Assembly (NCBI GenBank): GCA_964016885.1
Contig: OZ024740.1
Span: 422,530,001-422,594,000, forward strand
DNA length: 64,000 nucleotides
Direction of reading: 5' to 3'
Source of the DNA: Eledone cirrhosa
Lineage: Eukaryota
Position numbers and translations under genes: made by a program
Notes under the pieces: model-generated
Told to the model about the DNA's origin: nothing
Databases searched by the model: none
The model's input: the letters and a program-made list of their open reading frames with translations, nothing else
Shown: piece by piece, positions 54,801-64,000 of the stretch
Layout of the letters: the number at the start of each line of letters is the position of its first letter
Position numbering within the stretch: the stretch's first letter is position 1

Positions 54801-57800
54801 ACATAACATCTAATACAATATTATATATTTGCAGACCAGTTTACCTCGCATTTAATACGATATTACATATTTCCACACAAGTTTACCTCACATAACACCC
54901 AATACAATATTATATATTTCCACACCAGTTTACCTCAATTAACACCCAATACAATATTATGTATTTCCACACCAGTTTACCTCACATAACACCCAATACA
55001 ATATTATATATTTCCACACCAGTTTACCTCACATGACACCCAATACAATATTATATATTTCCACACCAGTTTACCTCATATAACATCTAATACAATATTA
55101 TATATTTCCACACCAATTTACCTCACATAACACCCAATACAATATTATATATTTCCACACCAGTTTACCTCACATAACACCCAATACAATATTATATATT
55201 TCCACACCAAGTTACCTAACATAACATCCAATACAATATTATACATTTCCACACCAGTTTACCTCACATAACACCCAATACAATATTATATATTTCCACA
55301 CCAGTTTACCTCACATAACACCCAATACAATATTATATATTTCCACACCAGTTTACCTCACATAACATCTAATACAATATTATATATTTGCAGACCAGTT
55401 TACCTCGCATTTAATACGATATTACATATTTCCACACAAGTTTACCTCACATAACACCCAATACAATATTATATATTTCCACACCAGTTTACCTCAATTA
55501 ACACCCAATGCAATATTATATATTTCCACACCAGTTTACCTCACTTAACACCCAATACAATATTATATATTTCCACACCAGTTTACCTCACATGACATCC
55601 AATACAATATATATTTCCACACCAGTTTAACTCACATAACATCCAATGCAATATTATATATTTCCACACCAGTTTAACTCACATAACACCCAATACAATA
55701 TTATATATTTCCACACCAGTTTAGCTCACATAACATCTAATACAATATTATATATTTCCACACCAGTTTACCTCACATAACACCCAATACAACATTATAT
55801 ATTCCCACACCAGTTTACCTCACATAACACCCAATACAATATTATATATTTCCACACCAGTTTACCTCACATAACCCCCAATACAATATTATATATTTCC
55901 ACACCAGTTTACCTCACATAACATCTAATACAATATTATATATTTCCAGACCAGTTTACCTCGCATCTAATACGATATTACATATTTCCACACAAGTTTA
56001 CCTCACATAACACCCAATACAATATTATATATTTCCACACCAGTCTACCTCACTTAACACCCAATACAATATTATATATTTCCACACCAGTTTACCTCAC
56101 ATAACACCCAATACAATATTATATATTCCCACACCAGTTTACCTCACATGACATCCAATACAATATATATTTCCACACCAGTTTAACTCACATAACATCC
56201 AATACAATATATATTTCCACACCAGTTTAGCTCACATAACATCTAATACAATATATATATTTGCACACCAGTTTACCTCACATAACACCCAATACAATAT
56301 TATATATTTCCACACCAGTTTACCTCACATAACATTTAATATAATATATATTTCCACACCAGATTATCTCACATAACACCCAATCCAATATTATATATTT
56401 CCACACCAGTTTACCTCACATCTAATACAATATTATATATTTCCACACAAGTTTACCTCACATAACATCTAATACAATATTATATATTTCCACACCAGTT
56501 TACCTCACATAACACCCAATACAACATTATATATTCCCACACCAGTTTACCTCACATAACACCCAATACAATATTATATATTTCCACACCAGTTTACCTC
56601 ACATAACCCCCAATACAATATTATATATTTCCACACCAGTTTACCTCACATAACACCCAATACAATATTATATATTTCCACACCAGTTTACCTCATATAA
56701 CATCTAATACAATATTATATATTTCCACACCAATTTACCTCACATAACACCCAATACAATATTATATATTTCCACACCAGTTTACCTCACATAACACCCA
56801 ATACAATATTATATATTTCCACACCAAGTTACCTAACATAACATCCAATACAATATACATTTCCACACCAGTTTACCTCACATAACACCCAATATAATAT
56901 TATATATTTCCACACCAGTTTACCTCACATAACACCCAATACAATATTATATATTTCCACACCAGTTTACCTCACATAACATCTAATACAATATTATATA
57001 TTTGCAGACCAGTTTACCTCGCATTTAATACGATATTACATATTTCCACACAAGTTTACCTCACATAACACCCAATACAATATTATATATTTCCACACCA
57101 GTTTACCTCAATTAACACCCAATACAATATTATATATTTCCACACCAGTTTACCTCACATAACACCCAATACAATATTATATATTTCCACACCAGTTTAC
57201 CTCACATGACATCCAATACAATATATATTTCCACACCAGTTTAACTCACATAACATCCAATGCAATATTATATATTTCCACACCAGTTTAACTCACATAA
57301 CACCCAATACAATATTATATATTTCCACACCAGTTTAGCTCACATAACATCTAATACAATATTATATATTTCCACACCAGTTTACCTCACATAACACCCA
57401 ATACAACATTATATATTCCCACACCAGTTTACCTCACATAACACCCAATACAATATTATATATTTCCACACCAGTTTACCTCACATAACCCCCAATACAA
57501 TATTATATATTTCCACACCAGTTTACCTCAATTAACACCCAATACAATATTATATATTTCCACACCAGTTTACCTCACATAACACCCAATACAATATTAT
57601 ATATTTCCACACCAGTTTACCTCACATAACATTTAATATAATATATATTTCCACACCAGATTACCTCACATAACACCCAATACAATATTATATATTTCCA
57701 CACCAGTTTACCTCACAACATCTAATACAATATTATATATTTCCACACCAGTTTACCTCACATAACACCCAATACAACATTATATATTCCCACACCAGTT

Positions 57801-60800
57801 TACCTCAAATAACACCCAATACAATATTATATATTTCCACACCAGTTTACCTCACATAACCCCCAATACAATATTATATATTTCCTCACCAGTTTACCTC
57901 ACATAACACCCAATACAATATTATATATTTCCACACCAGTTTACCTCACATAACATCCAACACAATATTATATATTTCCACACCAGTTTACCTCACATAA
58001 CATCTAATACAATATTATATATTTCCTCACCAGTTTACCTCACATAACACCCAATACAATATTTTATATTTCCACACCAGTTTACCTTACATAACATCCA
58101 ATCAAATATTATAAATTTCCACACCAGTTTACCTCACATAACATCTAGTACAATATTATATATTTCCACACCAGTTTACCTCACATAACACCCAATACAA
58201 TATTATATATTTCCACACCAGTTTACCTCACATAACACCCAATACAATATTATATATTTCCACACCAGTTTACCTCACATAACATCCAATACAATATTAT
58301 ATATTTCCACACCAGTTTACCTCACTAACACCCAATACAATATTATATATTTCCACACCAGTTAACCTCACATAACATCTAATACAATATTATATATTTC
58401 CTGACCAGTTTACCTCGCATCTAATACGATATTCCATATTTCCACACAAGTTTACCTCACATAACTCCCAATACAATATTATATATTTCCACACCAGTTT
58501 ACCTCAATTAACACCAAATACAATATTATATATTTCCACACCAGTTTACCTCACATAACACCCAATACAATATTATATATTTCCACACCAGTTTACCTCA
58601 ATTAACACCAAATACATTATTATATATTTCCACACCAGTTTACCTCACATAACACCCAATACAATATTATATATTTCCACACCAGTTTAACTCACATAAC
58701 ACCCAATACAATATTATATATTTCCACACCAATTTAACTCACATAACATCGAATACAATATATATTTGCACACCAGTTTACCTCACATAACACCCAATAC
58801 AATATTATATATTTCCACACCAGTTTACCTCACATAACATTTAATATAATATTATATATTTCCACACCAGATTACCTCACATAACACCCAATACACTATT
58901 ATATATTTCCACACCAGTTTACCTCACATAATATCTAATACAATATTATATATTTCCACACAAGTTTACCTCACAGAACATCTAATACAATATTATATAT
59001 TTCCACACCAGTTTACCTCACATAACACCCAATACAACATTATATATTCCCACACCAGTTTACCTCACATAACACCCAATACAAAATTATATATTTCCAC
59101 ACCAGTTTACCTCACATAACCCCCAATACAATATTATATATTTCCACACCAGTTTACCTCACATAACACCCAATACAATATTATATAATTCCACACCAGT
59201 TTACCTCACATAACATCTAATACAATATTATATATTTCCAGACCAGTTTACCTCGCATCTAATACGATATTACATATTTCCACACAAGTTTACCTCACAT
59301 AACACCCAATACAATATTATATATTTCCACACCAGTCTACCTCACTTAACACCCAATACAATATTATATATTTCCACACCAGTTTACCTCACATAACACC
59401 CAATACAATATTATATATTCCCACACCAGTTTACCTCACATGACATCCAATACAATATATATTTCCACACCAGTTTAACTCACATAACATCCAATACAAT
59501 ATATATTTCCACACCAGTTTAGCTCACATAACATCTAATACAATATTATATATTTCCACACCAATTTACCTCACATAACACCCAATACAATATTATATAT
59601 TTCCACACCAGTTTACCTCACATAACACCCAATACAATATTATATATTTCCACACCAAGTTACCTAACATAACATCCAATACAATATTATACATTTCCAC
59701 ACCAGTTTACCTCACATAACACCCAATACAATATTATATATTTCCACACCAGTTTACCTCAATTAACACCCAATACAATATTATATATCTCCACACCAGT
59801 TTACCTCACATAACACCCAATACAATATTATATATTTCCACACCAGTTTACCTCACATGACATCCAATACAATATATATTTCCACACCAGTTTAACTCAC
59901 ATAACATCCAATGCAATATTATATATTTCCACACCAGTTTACCTCACTAACACCCAATACAATATTATATATTTCCACACCAGTTAACCTGACATAACAT
60001 CTAATACAATATTATATATTTCCTGACCAGTTTACCTCGCATCTAATACGATATTCCATATTTCCACACAAGTTTACCTCACATAACACCCAATACAATA
60101 TTATATATTTCCACACCAGTTTACCTCAATTAACACCAAATACAATATTATATATTTCCACACCAGTTTACCTCACATAACACCCAATACAATATTATAT
60201 ATTTCCACACCAGTTTACCTCAATTAACACCAAATACATTATTATATATTTCCACACCAGTTTACCTCACATAACACCCAATACAATATTATATATTTCC
60301 ACACCAGTTTAACTCACATAACACCCAATACAATATTATATATTTCCACACCAATTTAGCTCACATAACATCGAATACAATATATATTTGCACACCAGTT
60401 TACCTCACATAACACCCAATACAATATTATATATTTCCACACCAGTTTACCTCACATAACATTTAATATAATATTATATATTTCCACACCAGATTACCTC
60501 ACATAACACCCAATACAATATTATATATTTCCACACCAGTTTACCTCACATAATATCTAATACAATATTATATATTTCCACACAAGTTTACCTCACAGAA
60601 CATCTAATACAATATTATATATTTCCACACCAGTTTACCTCACATAACACCCAATACAACATTATATATTCCGACACCAGTTTACCTCACATAACACCCA
60701 ATACAAAATTATATATTTCCACACCAGTTTACCTCACATAACACCCAATACAATATTATATATTTCCACACCAGTTTACCTCACATGACATCCAATACAA

Positions 60801-63800
60801 TATATATTTCCACACCAGTTTAACTCACATAACATCCAATACAATATTATATATTTCCACACCAGTTTAACTCACATAACACCCAATACAATATTATGTA
60901 TTTCCACACCAGTTTACCTCACATAACACCCAATACAATATTATATATTTCCACACCAGTTAACCTCACATAACATCCAATACAATATATATTTCCACAG
61001 CAGTTTAACTCACATAACATCCAATACAATATTATATATTTCCACACCAGTTTAACTCACATAACACCCAATACAATATTATATATTTCCACACCAGTTT
61101 ACCTCACATAACACCCAATACAATATTATATATTTCCACACCAGTTAACCTCACATAACATCCAATACAATATATATTTCCACACCAGTTTAACTCACAT
61201 AACATCCAATACAATATTATATATTTCCACACCAGTTTAACTCACATAACACCCAATACAATATTATATATTTCCACACCAGTTTACCTCACATAACACC
61301 CAATACAATATTATATATTTCCACACCAATTTACCTAACATAACATCCAATACAATATTATACATTTCCACACCAGTTTACCTAACATAACACCCAGTAC
61401 AATATTATATATTTCCAAACCAGTTTACCTCACATAACACCCAATACAATATTATATATTTCCACACCAGTTTACCTCACATAACATCTAATACAATATT
61501 ATATATTTGCAGACCAGTTTACCTCGCATTTAATACGATATTACATATTTCCACACAAGTTTACCTCACATAACACCCAATACAATATTATATATTTCCA
61601 CACCAGTTTACCTCAATTAACACCCAATACAATATTATGTATTTCCACACCAGTTTACCTCACATAACACCCAATACAATATTATATATTTCCACACCAG
61701 TTTACCTCACATGACACCCAATACAATATTATATATTTCCACACCAGTTTACCTCATATAACATCTAATACAATATTATATATTTCCACACCAATTTACC
61801 TCACATAACACCCAATACAATATTATATATTTCCACACCAGTTTACCTCACATAACACCCAATACAATATTATATATTTCCACACCAAGTTACCTAACAT
61901 AACATCCAATACAATATTATACATTTCCACACCAGTTTACCTCACATAACACCCAATACAATATTATATATTTCCACACCAGTTTACCTCACATAACACC
62001 CAATACAATATTATATATTTCCACACCAGTTTACCTCACATAACATCTAATACAATATTATATATTTGCAGACCAGTTTACCTCGCATTTAATACGATAT
62101 TACATATTTCCACACAAGTTTACCTCACATAACACCCAATACAATATTATATATTTCCACACCAGTTTACCTCAATTAACACCCAATGCAATATTATATA
62201 TTTCCACACCAGTTTACCTCACTTAACACCCAATACAATATTATATATTTCCACACCAGTTTACCTCACATGACATCCAATACAATATATATTTCCACAC
62301 CAGTTTAACTCACATAACATCCAATGCAATATTATATATTTCCACACCAGTTTAACTCACATAACACCCAATACAATATTATATATTTCCACACCAGTTT
62401 AGCTCACATAACATCTAATACAATATTATATATTTCCACACCAGTTTACCTCACATAACACCCAATACAACATTATATATTCCCACACCAGTTTACCTCA
62501 CATAACACCCAATACAATATTATATATTTCCACACCAGTTTACCTCACATAACCCCCAATACAATATTATATATTTCCACACCAGTTTACCTCACATAAC
62601 ATCTAATACAATATTATATATTTCCAGACCAGTTTACCTCGCATCTAATACGATATTACATATTTCCACACAAGTTTACCTCACATAACACCCAATACAA
62701 TATTATATATTTCCACACCAGTCTACCTCACTTAACACCCAATACAATATTATATATTTCCACACCAGTTTACCTCACATAACACCCAATACAATATTAT
62801 ATATTCCCACACCAGTTTACCTCACATGACATCCAATACAATATATATTTCCACACCAGTTTAACTCACATAACATCCAATACAATATATATTTCCACAC
62901 CAGTTTAGCTCACATAACATCTAATACAATATATATATTTGCACACCAGTTTACCTCACATAACACCCAATACAATATTATATATTTCCACACCAGTTTA
63001 CCTCACATAACATTTAATATAATATATATTTCCACACCAGATTATCTCACATAACACCCAATCCAATATTATATATTTCCACACCAGTTTACCTCACATC
63101 TAATACAATATTATATATTTCCACACAAGTTTACCTCACATAACATCTAATACAATATTATATATTTCCACACCAGTTTACCTCACATAACACCCAATAC
63201 AACATTATATATTCCCACACCAGTTTACCTCACATAACACCCAATACAATATTATATATTTCCACACCAGTTTACCTCACATAACCCCCAATACAATATT
63301 ATATATTTCCACACCAGTTTACCTCACATAACACCCAATACAATATTATATATTTCCACACCAGTTTACCTCATATAACATCTAATACAATATTATATAT
63401 TTCCACACCAATTTACCTCACATAACACCCAATACAATATTATATATTTCCACACCAGTTTACCTCACATAACACCCAATACAATATTATATATTTCCAC
63501 ACCAAGTTACCTAACATAACATCCAATACAATATACATTTCCACACCAGTTTACCTCACATAACACCCAATATAATATTATATATTTCCACACCAGTTTA
63601 CCTCACATAACACCCAATACAATATTATATATTTCCACACCAGTTTACCTCACATAACATCTAATACAATATTATATATTTGCAGACCAGTTTACCTCGC
63701 ATTTAATACGATATTACATATTTCCACACAAGTTTACCTCACATAACACCCAATACAATATTATATATTTCCACACCAGTTTACCTCAATTAACACCCAA

Positions 63801-64000
63801 TACAATATTATATATTTCCACACCAGTTTACCTCACATAACACCCAATACAATATTATATATTTCCACACCAGTTTACCTCACATGACATCCAATACAAT
63901 ATATATTTCCACACCAGTTTAACTCACATAACATCCAATGCAATATTATATATTTCCACACCAGTTTAACTCACATAACACCCAATACAATATTATATAT
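27873..64000. repeat. Satellite DNA array, 47-bp monomer, roughly 770-780 copies, running off the window end
   Basis: Consensus atatttccacaccagtttacctcacataacacccaatacaatattat (ttcc at 27877 and 27924, spacing 47). Appears uninterrupted and single-orientation, with recurrent variant monomers. Confidence 0.99.

Noticed and set aside
27873-64000. CRISPR-like array or telomeric repeat
   Set aside because: Monomers are contiguous with no unique spacers, there are no cas genes, the context is eukaryotic, and there is no TTAGGG-type unit.

Overview
Eukaryotic, AT-rich, repeat-dense animal DNA. The SINE/MITE/Helitron/microsatellite landscape suggests an octopus or other coleoid cephalopod, but that is inference. 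Bases 1-27.8 kb hold a near-full-length Tx1/L1-clade non-LTR retrotransposon (intact ORF1, disabled ORF2) at the end of a (TATC)n microsatellite with an apparent 14-bp target-site duplication. The same stretch holds a 3' fragment of a CRE-like RLE retrotransposon, an internally deleted RepHel Helitron plus two non-autonomous Helitrons, RTE/CR1 LINE fragments, tRNA-derived SINEs, TTAA-flanked MITEs and several micro/minisatellites. The only plausible host coding sequence is one exon (14555-14862) ending in ...LSPSAKR, matching the first coding exon of UBE2E-class ubiquitin-conjugating enzymes; I could not find its next exon in the window. From 27873 to the window end lies a >36-kb satellite of a 47-bp monomer with nested higher-order periods (about 2.2-2.3, 3.0, 6.7, 8.9 and 10.7 kb). 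It is probably intronic and may derive from a local MITE family. No prokaryotic-type system (CRISPR, operon) is supported.
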